In this document: positions 29,991 to 39,571 of the stretch, piece by piece
Layout of the letters: the number at the start of each line of letters is the position of its first letter
Numbering within the stretch: position 1 is the stretch's first letter
Assembly: GCF_028368995.1 (NCBI RefSeq)
Contig: NZ_JAQNDL010000003.1
Span: 2,208,001 to 2,272,000 of the forward strand
DNA length: 64,000 nucleotides
DNA from: Nannocystis bainbridge
GTDB taxonomy: Bacteria; Myxococcota_A; Polyangia; Nannocystales; Nannocystaceae
Direction: 5' to 3'
Program-made: the position numbers and the translations under genes
Notes under the pieces: generated by a model
The model's input: only the letters and a program-made list of their open reading frames with translations
The model's database searches: none
Told to the model about the DNA's origin: nothing

Positions 29991-30573
29991 TTCGTCTCTC
30001 CTCGCCTTTGTGGTTCTTGCGACCGCCGCCATCGATCACCCGCGTTCGACGCTGCCATGACCGATGTTCACTCACGCCATGCGCGTGACGGTTTCGTCCG
30101 CAGACGACACGCATTGCAGTTCGGCTCGCTGCCCCCGCGCCTTGACAGCCCAGCATGGTGCGAGTAATGTCGATACGGCCCCAGCGATGGGGTCAGCCAT
30201 GCGCTTCTGATCCACGAGTCTTCGAGCACACCGACGCGGCGCCCTCACCGGGCTCGCCAGCCGCGGTTTGTGTCGATTTCTCCCGCTTTGCGGCGCCATG
30301 CGCCGACGAGCGATATGCGTCGCGCATGCGACCATAGTTCGGCACACCGGGGCTCTCGGTACTCGGAGGGCGATACCTCGTCCGGCGCGAACGCGCCGCG
30401 GGGCTGCGGGTCTGCGGATTCACTCTCGGGTGATTCGCCAGGCCGCGGGTGATCGTCGTCCATCGCGCCCTTCGGGGGCGCGCGCCGGGCCGCGTCGTCC
30501 TTTCATCATTCCCGCACCGGCGCGCGGGTTCGTTTACGTCTGTCCTTTTGGACAGGCTCGTAGGATCGCGTCC

Positions 30574-30825
30574 ATGCCCAAAATCTCCTTCGCTCCCAAG
30601 ACCAACCCTGACATCACCACCCCCGAGCCGCACACCGACCCCGAGCCGCGACCCGGGCGCGAGCACACCGGCCCGCTCTCATGGGTCCTGGGTGGCGCCC
30701 CCACCGCGCGTCCGGCCCCCGCGCCCGGTCGCCAGGAGCCGCGGCGCGAGCCGGCGCACAATCGCCAGCCCGTGGGCGCCGACGTCCGCCGCCGGCGCAA
30801 CCCGTCGTCGCGCTTCCGCGGCTGA
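30574..30825 (+). CDS. small Pro/Arg-rich hypothetical protein
   Basis: AGGA upstream of ATG; 83 aa; no recognised domain. Confidence 0.4.
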   Translation: MPKISFAPKTNPDITTPEPHTDPEPRPGREHTGPLSWVLGGAPTARPAPAPGRQEPRREPAHNRQPVGADVRRRRNPSSRFRG

Positions 30826-30911
30826 ACCGCGCCACCCACCGGCGAGCTCGGCCGACGCAGCCGAGCTCGCCTGACGATCGCCTCACCGTCCGCGGCGAGG
30901 CGCCTTCATTG

Positions 30912-30987
30912 CACATGTCCTCGGGGACATCTCGCGCACCTTCTCGCCCAACCGCGAAATGATGCCACATGTCCCCGCGGACATCTT
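30912..30987. repeat. GACATGTC-like cluster (two pairs)
   Basis: Units at 30912/30926 and 30966/30980. Confidence 0.75.
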
Positions 30988-33547
30988 ACTTTTCCGCGCG
31001 CTCCAGCGCCGCCCGCGTCGCCGCCAGCTGCGGATGCTGCAGCGCCGCCCGCAGCGTCGCCGCCTGCGCCAGCAGCTCGCGCCCGCCCGTCCCTCTCGCC
31101 AGCCCCGCCAGGTGCAGCGCATCGGCCAGCCCCCACGCATAGCTCGGCCGCCCGCGCGCGGCCGTCAGCGCCTGCGCGGTCGCCTCTTCGATCCCGCGCT
31201 CCGCCGCCAGCGCGCGCGTCAGCCCCAGATTACTGAACTCGACCACGAACAGCCCGAACCCGCACGTCTCGGCCAGCATCCGCCCCTCGTGGATCACCCG
31301 CGCCGCGTCGGCCAGGCGGCGCTCGGCCAGGCAGATCTGCGCCTCGAGGGCGTGGCAGCGCAGCACCACCTCCACCTCGCCCGACGCCGTCGTCCACGCC
31401 CGCGCGTGGCCCAGGTGCACGCTCGCGCGGTCCGGATCCGGCTCCTCCTCCGCCAGCGCCAGCGCCCCGAGGATCGTCTCCGCGTGCGCGCGATGCCCCG
31501 CCCACCCGAGCTCGTGAAGCCCTTCTAAATTACCCTCGATCTCCGCCCGCGCCGCCGCCCCTCGACCCAGCCCCAGCGCGTGCTCGGCCGCCCAGAACGA
31601 GCGGCGCGCGAACGGCCGGTCCCCCATCGCTCGCGCCTTTTCAAAGCACGCCTCCGCCTCGCCCACGCGCCCCAGGTCGTGCAGCACCCGGGCCTGCAGC
31701 GCCAGCCCGCGCGCCACGTCGCCTGGCGCCTCTGCGCGGCTCGCCACCTCCACCGCCGCCTCCGTCAGCGCCAGCGCCTCCGACAGCGCCCCCGCCAACC
31801 GCTCCGTATAGGCCAGCGCGCGCAGGCTCGTCGTCAACCCCTCGAGGTTGCCGGCCTCGCGCACCAGCGCCCCGTGGATCCGGTAACAGCGGCTCGCCTG
31901 CGCCAGATCGCCGAGCGCCCCCGCGTAGAGCCCCCAGTCGTACACCAGCCGCGCCCGCCGACCCGGCTCGAGCGCCGCCGTCATGCGCGCTGGATCGCCG
32001 CCTGGCGCGAACTCGCGGACGATCCGCGCCCCGCGGCTCATCGCCCCGAGCTGCAGCCCCAGGTGCGAGAACCCGCCCAGGCTGCGGAAGTAGATCGACG
32101 CCGCCTCGCCCGTCCGGCCCGCGCGCAGCGTGTGCAGCAGCAGCGCCTCGTACGTCTCGAGCCGCTCGTCCGCGTGCGGCCCCGGGCGATGCACATCGAG
32201 CCGCGCGATCAAGTGCGCGCGCTCCACCTCGTGGATCGCCGCCGGCGGCGCGCCCAGCAGCGAGCGAAAATACTCCGCCACGAACGGGTGCGCCGTGTAG
32301 CGCCCCGGCCCCGCCCGGGCCACCAACCCCAACCGCTCCAGCCGCGCCACAATCGGCCCGATCGCCGCCGCGTCGCGCCCTGCCAGCGCCCCCGCGACCG
32401 CCCCGCCTGCGCTCGCCAGGCGCGCCAGCAGTTCCACGTCCGCCCCCGCCGGGAACAGCGCCAGACGAGCCACCAGATCGCGCTCCTCGGGGCCCAGCGC
32501 CGCGGCGTAGGCCGCCAGCACCGCCAGCAAGCGCCGCGCCTGCACATCGTCGCGCGCCGCCGGCTCGAGCGCGATCGCCTGCGCTCGCTCGCCGTCGCCG
32601 CCGAGGAACATCCCCGCGTACGACCCCAGCATCGCCACCGACAGCGCGTGCCCGCCGACCCGATCGACCAGCGGCCGCAGCGGCGTCTTCGCGCTCAGCC
32701 CCCAGTGCTCGAGCAGCGTCGAGCCCTCTGCCGGCGACAGCCCGCCCAGGCGCAGCGTCGTCAACCCGGCCCCGTCCCACGCCTGCAGGTCCGTCGGCTC
32801 GAACCGCGAAGTCAGCACCACCCGCGCCGCCCCCAGCCCGCGCGCCGCGCTCATCAGCAGCCGTCGCAGCGACCCGTCGGCGATCCGTCCGTACGTCGAG
32901 TCCTCGCGCCCGCTGCCCTGCAGCACCTCGATCCCGTCGATCACCAGCACGTGCGGCGGCCCCGAGGCCAGCGCCTCTTGCAGCCGCTGCGGCCGCTCTC
33001 CCGCCGGCACCTCCGCGCCCTCCGCGAAGTAGCGCGTCGCCGCCGCGAAGAACGCCTCCACCCGCGTGTCGTCATAAAAACTCCACACCAGCAGCCCGCC
33101 CGCGTGCGGCCCCTCGCCCAGCTCCGCGATCATGCGCTCGACCAGCGCCGTCTTGCCCGCCCCGCCGATCGCCACCACCGCGATCACGCCCCGCGTCGGC
33201 GCGCGCAGCAGCGCCAGCGCCTCCTCGCGACCGACGAAGTGGCGCGCTCGCGGCAGCGTGTGCGCGTGGCACGGCCGCCAGCCCGCGGGCGCCGGCGCCG
33301 GCTCCGTCGCCCGCGCCTCGATCACCAGCTCGCTCTCCGCGATCCCCAGCTCGCGGCTCAGCGCCGCCAGCAGCCGGCGCCGGCTGGCGTTACGGACCAC
33401 GAAGCCCTCCGCCGCCTCGTTGACCGCCCCCGACTCGTAGCGCCGGTACGTCCGCACATCGACCCCGACCGCCGCCGCGGCTGCCTCTTGGGTCAGGTTC
33501 AGCTCGGTGCGGACCCGCGCGAGCAGCTCGTGATGGAAACGGAGCAC
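30986..33547 (-). CDS. XRE-HTH + STAND-like P-loop NTPase + TPR regulator
   Basis: LTQEAAAAAVGVDVRTYRRYESG; FVGRE, AIGGAGKT, LVIDG, VLTSR, GGHAL; TPR-like C-terminus. Confidence 0.85.
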   Translation of the reverse strand: MLRFHHELLARVRTELNLTQEAAAAAVGVDVRTYRRYESGAVNEAAEGFVVRNASRRRLLAALSRELGIAESELVIEARATEPAPAPAGWRPCHAHTLPRARHFVGREEALALLRAPTRGVIAVVAIGGAGKTALVERMIAELGEGPHAGGLLVWSFYDDTRVEAFFAAATRYFAEGAEVPAGERPQRLQEALASGPPHVLVIDGIEVLQGSGREDSTYGRIADGSLRRLLMSAARGLGAARVVLTSRFEPTDLQAWDGAGLTTLRLGGLSPAEGSTLLEHWGLSAKTPLRPLVDRVGGHALSVAMLGSYAGMFLGGDGERAQAIALEPAARDDVQARRLLAVLAAYAAALGPEERDLVARLALFPAGADVELLARLASAGGAVAGALAGRDAAAIGPIVARLERLGLVARAGPGRYTAHPFVAEYFRSLLGAPPAAIHEVERAHLIARLDVHRPGPHADERLETYEALLLHTLRAGRTGEAASIYFRSLGGFSHLGLQLGAMSRGARIVREFAPGGDPARMTAALEPGRRARLVYDWGLYAGALGDLAQASRCYRIHGALVREAGNLEGLTTSLRALAYTERLAGALSEALALTEAAVEVASRAEAPGDVARGLALQARVLHDLGRVGEAEACFEKARAMGDRPFARRSFWAAEHALGLGRGAAARAEIEGNLEGLHELGWAGHRAHAETILGALALAEEEPDPDRASVHLGHARAWTTASGEVEVVLRCHALEAQICLAERRLADAARVIHEGRMLAETCGFGLFVVEFSNLGLTRALAAERGIEEATAQALTAARGRPSYAWGLADALHLAGLARGTGGRELLAQAATLRAALQHPQLAATRAALERAEK

Positions 33548-33634
33548 GGCCGGAGCGCCATCCTAGCCGGTCTTGCCCGGTTCTGCCCGGCCGCGATCCT
33601 CGTCCTGCGGGCCTCGCGGGCGCACCGTCTCGAC

Positions 33635-34210
33635 ATGAGCACGCCGAGCAAGACCCCGATCCTCGCCGACAACGTCTTCACCGTCCGCGATTTCTGCACT
33701 CCTGACGAGTGCGCCGCCTGGCTCCGGCTCGCGCACGACGTCGGCTTCGCGGAGGCCCCGATCACCACCGCGCGCGGCTTCGTGATGGCCCCGGAGATCC
33801 GCAACAACACCCGGGTGATCCGCGACGACCTCGAGCTCGCGCATGGGCTGTGGCAGCGGCTGGCCCCGTTCGTGCCCGCGCGCCGCCACGGCTGGCAGGC
33901 CGTCGGCCTCAACGAGCGGCTCCGCTTCTACCGCTACGAGCCCGGCCAGTACTTCCGCTGGCACCACGACGGCGCCTTCCACCGCAGCCTCCACGAGCAG
34001 AGCCTCCTCACCGTCATGCTCTACCTCGACGCCGAGTTCACCGGCGGCAGCACCGAGTTCGAACACGCCGGCGAGGTCGTCCGCGTCGCCCCCGAGCGCG
34101 GCATGGTCCTCGTGTTCGACCACCCCCTCTGCCACCAGGGCGCCCCGGTGCGCAGCGGCGTCAAGCACGTCCTCCGCACCGACGTCATGTACCGCCGCGA
34201 CGATGCATGA
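33635..34210 (+). CDS. 2OG-Fe(II) oxygenase, prolyl-4-hydroxylase-like
   Basis: RFYRY...WHHDG, GGSTEF, HQG...KHVLRTD. Confidence 0.9.
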   Translation: MSTPSKTPILADNVFTVRDFCTPDECAAWLRLAHDVGFAEAPITTARGFVMAPEIRNNTRVIRDDLELAHGLWQRLAPFVPARRHGWQAVGLNERLRFYRYEPGQYFRWHHDGAFHRSLHEQSLLTVMLYLDAEFTGGSTEFEHAGEVVRVAPERGMVLVFDHPLCHQGAPVRSGVKHVLRTDVMYRRDDA

Positions 34211-34267
34211 CCCGAAGGACATGCCCAACAGGCCATGTCCAATACAACATGCCCTAAACGACATGTC
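34204..34267. repeat. 14-bp-period GACATGTC-like array (5 units)
   Basis: Units at 34204, 34218, 34232, 34246, 34260. Confidence 0.82.
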
Positions 34268-34446
34268 CCCGAGTTCATCCCCCGGACCTCCGCCCATCGA
34301 ACAAACCGCCCGAGCCGTTCGCCCCGGCGGCTCTGTTTTCGAATCAACGCCGGACACGGATGCCTGCCCCTCGGCGAACATCGGCCCTGCTTCGATCGCT
34401 TCACCGCGCCCGCGGGCGAGCCTCGGCCGCGCCCGTCAGCGGAAGC

Positions 34447-36219
34447 TCACCGCGGTCGCTGGCGCGCGTCGGCGTCGAACAGCCGCTCGAGGTCCGCGCT
34501 GAACTTCTTCGCCGACGCGATCAGGGCCGCCTCGTCGTGGCGGATCGCGTACTGCTCGTTCAGCACCTGCTCGTCGTGCTCGCGGAACGTCTTCACGTAC
34601 TCGCGGGCGTCGCTCGGCGTCACCCCCAGCTCCTCGAGCGAGCGGTGCGCCGCGTCCAGGCTCGAAAGGAACATCTCGCGCACGATCACGTGGGCCCCGT
34701 GGGCCCTCAGGCGGAACGCGTGCGACCGGTTGCGCGCGCGGGCCACGATCCGCAGCTCCGGGAAGTTGCGGCGGACCGTCTCGACCGTGCGCATCGACGC
34801 CTCGACGTCGTCGATCGCCACCACGATGAGGCGCGCCTTGTCGGCCTTGGCCGCGCGCAGCAGGTCGATGCGGGCCGCGTCGCCGTAGTAGATCTCGTTG
34901 CCGAACCGGCGCAGGAAGTCCACCTGCGTCGTATCGATCTCGAGCGCCGTGAACGGGACCCGCGTCATTCGCAGCACTCGCCCGACGATCTGGCCGAAGC
35001 GGCCGAAGCCCGCGATGATGACCGGGTTCTCCTCGTCGATCGCGTCGAACTCGCGCCGGTTCTGGGCCGCGCGGCGCGCGGAGATCCGGTCGCGGGCGAT
35101 CAGCAGCAGCGGCGTCACCATCATCGACATCGTCACTGCCACCACCAGCAGATCGATCACCTCCGGCGCCACCAGCCCGGCCGGCCCCGCCACTCCGAAC
35201 AGCACGAACGCGAACTCGCCGCCCTGCGACAGCGCGATCGCCAGGCTCGAAGCTGACCCGAAGGACATCTTCGCCACCCGCCCGATCACCAGCAGCGCCA
35301 GCCCCTTGACCCCCACCAGCCCGAGCACGATCGCCAGCACCGCCAGCGGCTGCGCCGCGATGATCCCGAGGTCGGCCGACATCCCCACCGCCACGAAGAA
35401 CAGCCCGAGCAGCAGCCCCTTGAACGGCTCGATGTCGGCCTCGAGCTCGTGGCGGTACTCGCTGTCGGCCAGCAGCACCCCGGCGAGGAACGCCCCCAGC
35501 GCCGCCTCGAGGTGGACCAGCTCCATCAGCAGCGCCGTCCCGATCACCACCAGCAGCGCCCACGCCGACGACAGCTCGTTGCTGCGCGTCGAGAGCACCC
35601 AGCGGAACAGCGGCCGTAGCAGCATGCGCCCGCCCAGCACCAGCCCGGCGATCACCGCCGCCGCGATCGCCAGCGACATCCATGGCCCTTGCGTCGCGTC
35701 CGACCCCTCGCCGCTGCTCGTCAGCAGCGGAATCGCCGCCAGCACCGGGATCGCCGCCAGATCCTGGAACAGCAGGATCTTGAACGACGCCCGCCCGTGC
35801 GGCGCCGTCAGCTCGAGCCGCTCGCCCAGCACCTGCAGCACGAACGCCGTCGACGACAGCGACAGCGCGAACCCGACCACCAGCGCCCCGGCCGGCGGCA
35901 GCCCCAGCAGCCACCCCCCCAGCGCCAGCAGCAGCGACGTCACCATCACCTGCGCCGACCCGAGCCCGAACACCCCCGCCCGCATCTCCCACAGCCGCTT
36001 CGGCTGCAGCTCGAGCCCGATCACGAACAGCAGCAGCACCACCCCGAATTCCGCCACGTGGAGCGTGTCCTCGACGTGCTCCACCAGCCCCAGCCCGGAC
36101 GGCCCGATCGCCGCCCCTGCCGCCAGGTAGCCCAGCACCGAGCCGAGCCCGAGGCGCTTGAACAGCGGGACCACCACCACCGCGGCGGCCAGAAAAATCG
36201 CAGATTGAGCGAGCTGCAC
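34447..36219 (-). CDS. kefC: KefB/KefC-type CPA2 potassium efflux protein
   Basis: LGSVLGYL, AEFGVVLLLFVIGLEL, FQD, SEYRHELEADIEPFKGLLLGLFF, KTN domain GFGRFGQ. Confidence 0.88.
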   Translation of the reverse strand: MQLAQSAIFLAAAVVVVPLFKRLGLGSVLGYLAAGAAIGPSGLGLVEHVEDTLHVAEFGVVLLLFVIGLELQPKRLWEMRAGVFGLGSAQVMVTSLLLALGGWLLGLPPAGALVVGFALSLSSTAFVLQVLGERLELTAPHGRASFKILLFQDLAAIPVLAAIPLLTSSGEGSDATQGPWMSLAIAAAVIAGLVLGGRMLLRPLFRWVLSTRSNELSSAWALLVVIGTALLMELVHLEAALGAFLAGVLLADSEYRHELEADIEPFKGLLLGLFFVAVGMSADLGIIAAQPLAVLAIVLGLVGVKGLALLVIGRVAKMSFGSASSLAIALSQGGEFAFVLFGVAGPAGLVAPEVIDLLVVAVTMSMMVTPLLLIARDRISARRAAQNRREFDAIDEENPVIIAGFGRFGQIVGRVLRMTRVPFTALEIDTTQVDFLRRFGNEIYYGDAARIDLLRAAKADKARLIVVAIDDVEASMRTVETVRRNFPELRIVARARNRSHAFRLRAHGAHVIVREMFLSSLDAAHRSLEELGVTPSDAREYVKTFREHDEQVLNEQYAIRHDEAALIASAKKFSADLERLFDADARQRPR

Positions 36220-36484
36220 CGGCCCCGAACATACCCTGCGACGGGCCTCCGCTGACGCCCGCTTTTCGGCCGCACCGCCCGCCGACCCCGCCCCCGCGGT
36301 CACCCGCTCGAACGAAGCGCCCGGAGCTCTCCCCTCGGCCCTTTCGAATCTCTCGTCACCGGTCCCTCGCGAGCGAGTGACTCGCCCGACCTACCGCATC
36401 CCTCACTCGCGCGCGTCCGGAGCACCCCATGGCTCGAGCATCCTCCCCCGCGGCGACCCGTCAGCAAACGCGGCCATGCTTTCA

Positions 36485-36892
36485 CTACGAGTCGTGGTCG
36501 GTGCCCACGCACCCGCAGTCCCATCGACAGACCTCGTCCTTCTTGGGACCGCACTCTCCATCGATGTTCTCGACCAGATCGTGCAGGACCCAGTACTGGT
36601 CGCAGTTCTCGGCCTTGTTGCCGCAGGCAAAGAAGTCCAGCAAGGCGGGGGCGCACTCGGGAGCTTCCCACTTCGCCAGCCGGATCTCCTGAGCGCGCAC
36701 GCACGCGTCCACCCCCGCATAGTCCGGTCCGTAGTTACACTCGCTCAGCAGCTCGCAGCGCCTCCGGAGGATCTCATCCGCATCGCCCGTGGTCGATCCG
36801 GTGCTCGAGGTCCCCGAGTCCGTCTCCTGGCCGACAGGGCGATCGGTACAGGCAAGCAGGCAGGCGGCGAGCAACGGCAGAGTACGGAACAT
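36485..36892 (-). CDS. Cys-rich lipoprotein
   Basis: Lipobox LLAC, Thr/Ser linker, multiple Cys. Confidence 0.7.
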   Translation of the reverse strand: MFRTLPLLAACLLACTDRPVGQETDSGTSSTGSTTGDADEILRRRCELLSECNYGPDYAGVDACVRAQEIRLAKWEAPECAPALLDFFACGNKAENCDQYWVLHDLVENIDGECGPKKDEVCRWDCGCVGTDHDS

Positions 36893-36957
36893 GGGGGTCT
36901 CTTGCGAGGGTATGCGCGAGAGAATAGCACCACCGAAAGATCTGAACCTCCCGCTGC

Positions 36958-37021
36958 ATCGGCTCCGACTCAGAACCGGCCGCTCAGCACCAGCCCGCCG
37001 AGGCTCGGCGCCACGCGCACC
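36958..37021 (+). repeat. 64-bp direct repeat, left copy
   Basis: Matches 43028-43091 with 2 mismatches. Confidence 0.85.
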
Positions 37022-37191
37022 AGCGCCTCCCGCGTCCGGCCCTCACCTCACGTGCACCGGTATCGACGCGACCGCCCTGCCGAGGTCCGGGCGGTCGCGT
37101 CGGCGTCGAACGCTTCATGAGCGCGCTTCAAGCCGTTTCTGGTTCAGCACCAGTCGTCACGGGAGCAGCGCCTAATCCTATAGCAACACTC

Positions 37192-38157
37192 TCACTCGGA
37201 GATGAGAGGCTCGTATGAAATCGTAAGATAGTTCACACCCCGCAGGATGTATACGTCAAACATCGTCTCGCTCTCCCCCCACAGCTCGCTGAGCGCGGCC
37301 CACGCGTCTGCAGCCGTTTCGAGGGGCATTCCGTTGATGCCCAGCGGGATGTCGCCGTCTCGGAACCCGAGCAGGTAGAAGAGCTCGCCGCTGTTCGCAT
37401 TGTCGACCTGGAATCCGGGTCCGTTCACGACAGGTTCGAAGTATGCGTCGTCACATACGAGGAGTGGAGCCGGGTTGCTGATCAGGGCGGACAAAAATGA
37501 CCAATTGTAGTAGTATACACCACTAATCAAAGTGACATTATCGCTCGGATCCCAACCTGCGCAGTTGTAAGGAATCGGCCCGCCAGTCGGATCGCCAGTC
37601 GGATCGCCAGTCGGATCGCCGCCAGTCGTCGGATCACCGCCAGTCGTCGGCTCGGGCAGCACACCCGAACAGTCCAACCATCCGATGTTGGAGTCGATGG
37701 CTCCCCCATCAAAGCAAGCCGCGGCACAGTCGGTTTCGACCTTGTTGCTTGTATAGCTCAAGTCCTGGTTACACCAATCATTCCAAATGTCATCTGACCA
37801 TGACTCGTCCCATCCCTGACAATAGCAGGAGTACTCGATCCCGCCAGGACAATCCCAGCAGAAGGGATTTCCCAGGCTGGTGGCACCCGTGATGCTCGTG
37901 GTGGGGAGGGTGTCGGTGCCTGTCTCAGTGCCGGTGCCTGTCTCAGTGCCGCTCCCTGTCTCAGTGCCGCTCCCTGTCTCAGTGCCGGTGCCTGTCTCAG
38001 TGCCGCTCTCTGTCTCAGTGCCGCTCCCTGTCTCAGTGCCGCTCCCTGTGCTAGCGGTGTCGGTGGCGTTATCAGGCTCCTGCTTGCACTGGATGGATGT
38101 CGAAGCCAGGATAGCGACCACGTATGCACTCCGACCGTTCAAGCTCAAATTTTTCAT
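37192..38157 (-). CDS. secreted protein with (TGxGTE)n linker and PDZ-like C-terminus
   Basis: Signal/lipobox-like N-terminus; GFRDGDIPLGINGMPL resembles a PDZ core; AT-richer codons. Confidence 0.7.
   Translation of the reverse strand: MKNLSLNGRSAYVVAILASTSIQCKQEPDNATDTASTGSGTETGSGTETESGTETGTGTETGSGTETGSGTETGTGTETGTDTLPTTSITGATSLGNPFCWDCPGGIEYSCYCQGWDESWSDDIWNDWCNQDLSYTSNKVETDCAAACFDGGAIDSNIGWLDCSGVLPEPTTGGDPTTGGDPTGDPTGDPTGGPIPYNCAGWDPSDNVTLISGVYYYNWSFLSALISNPAPLLVCDDAYFEPVVNGPGFQVDNANSGELFYLLGFRDGDIPLGINGMPLETAADAWAALSELWGESETMFDVYILRGVNYLTISYEPLISE
37915..38050. repeat. coding 18-bp tandem repeat (~7 units)
   Basis: cctgtctcagtgccg(ctc/gtg) units encoding TG(S/T)GTE. Confidence 0.9.
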
Positions 38158-38452
38158 GCCTACGAATCTCCTGGTTCAGACCCTAAGAGATCATTCGCGG
38201 CAAGTCAAGAAGGAAGACACCATTTGAGGGACGGCTTCCTCCAAACTGGGCAAACCAGGAAAAGGTATTAGTCCAGTGCAGAGACGAGACTTAGGGACGC
38301 AGCGTGGGTCGAGACCTTAGCGATAGCCTAGGGCCTATCCCAGATCGCAAAGTCCGACTTCGATACCACTGTGGCGCAGTCTACGACAAGGTACTCGGAG
38401 ACATGACTTGTACCTCCGCTCATCAATGTACTCGAGTCGCGGAGGGTCGTGC

Positions 38453-39571
38453 CTACGTCCCGGCCATTTTGGGATCCATCGCACTGGACGGATCGTCGAC
38501 GCGAAGAAGCTGAAAACCAATGATCGTCGACGCGTTGGCAGGTCCGTGGAGTCGGAGTGAGTAGCGCCCGGGGTCGAGCCAGCCAATTTGCGGGACATCT
38601 ATCGCTCCAGCGACGAGTTGGCGAAGCAGACATGGATTGTCGCAGGCGTACATCGAGACGATGTGCGTCATTCCAGAGGGGACATCATCCTCTTCTCCGA
38701 GAACGCGAAGTTCGTAGAGCCCCCCCTCCCCGATGTCGATCGTGTGGAGGACGAGGGTGCTGTCCCCCGCAAAAGGCCCGATAGCGTCCAGATCCTCGCA
38801 AGACAGAGTCCGCGTCATCTGTAGTGCCCGCCCGTCCCAGGCCAGCGTGGGGGCGTTGCACTCCATAAGCTTGGCGTCGTACGCCTCGTGGGCGCAAGAC
38901 GGCCCTGCTTCGAATTCCGCGATCGAATCGTCCAAGCTCGTGCCGAATTGCTGACGGAAACCGACATCGAGCTCTAACTCACCCGCGCCAGCGTCCAGAG
39001 ATGTATAGAGCCGCAGAAAAGCCTCGATGCCATGACGCGAGATGAGGAAGGCGGTGAATTTCCCTGCTAACGGGTAAAGATCGTACTCCACGAGTTCCGC
39101 ATTCGTCGCGGTGAGCGCTTCGCGAACATCGGCACTACTATCACCGACGTTGCTGTACGGTCGCCCATCGAGGCCCTGATAGACGACCGCCAAGCCCTCG
39201 GCAAAGAACACAGGAGGGCTACCGAGCGCGAAAGTCAGATTGTGCACGAGCTCATGATTATGCGGCGCGGTGCGCGAAAACGTCTCATTACCTCGCGCGC
39301 ATCCTACCAGTCGCGCGCCACACTCGGAGCGGTCAGTAAAGTCTTGGGAATCGAGCCAATAGAAGAGAATGCGTTCTTCCCCAACTGGCGCGGAGATCGA
39401 GAACTCATTCGAGACACGTTCGACGAATTCGTCCATGAACGCCAGTGAGCCTCCGCAGAGCGGCTGACCGGTAGCGGCGTCGACGACGACATGTTTCCCT
39501 TCAAGGGATGCGTCGCCCAGCGGACGGCAAGCCGCCCACAAGAAGACGGCACATTGAAAATACCGCTTCAT
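38453..39571 (-). CDS. putative gluzincin metallopeptidase lipoprotein
   Basis: HELVH followed by FAEGLA; N-terminal WAAC lipobox-like site. Confidence 0.65.
   Translation of the reverse strand: MKRYFQCAVFLWAACRPLGDASLEGKHVVVDAATGQPLCGGSLAFMDEFVERVSNEFSISAPVGEERILFYWLDSQDFTDRSECGARLVGCARGNETFSRTAPHNHELVHNLTFALGSPPVFFAEGLAVVYQGLDGRPYSNVGDSSADVREALTATNAELVEYDLYPLAGKFTAFLISRHGIEAFLRLYTSLDAGAGELELDVGFRQQFGTSLDDSIAEFEAGPSCAHEAYDAKLMECNAPTLAWDGRALQMTRTLSCEDLDAIGPFAGDSTLVLHTIDIGEGGLYELRVLGEEDDVPSGMTHIVSMYACDNPCLLRQLVAGAIDVPQIGWLDPGRYSLRLHGPANASTIIGFQLLRVDDPSSAMDPKMAGT

Noticed and set aside
31580-33634. 876-aa ORF fused to the 2OG oxygenase
   Set aside because: Antisense shadow of the STAND gene; the oxygenase starts at 33635.
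37915-38050. 18-bp tandem repeat as CRISPR or iteron array
   Set aside because: No spacers; in-frame coding linker.
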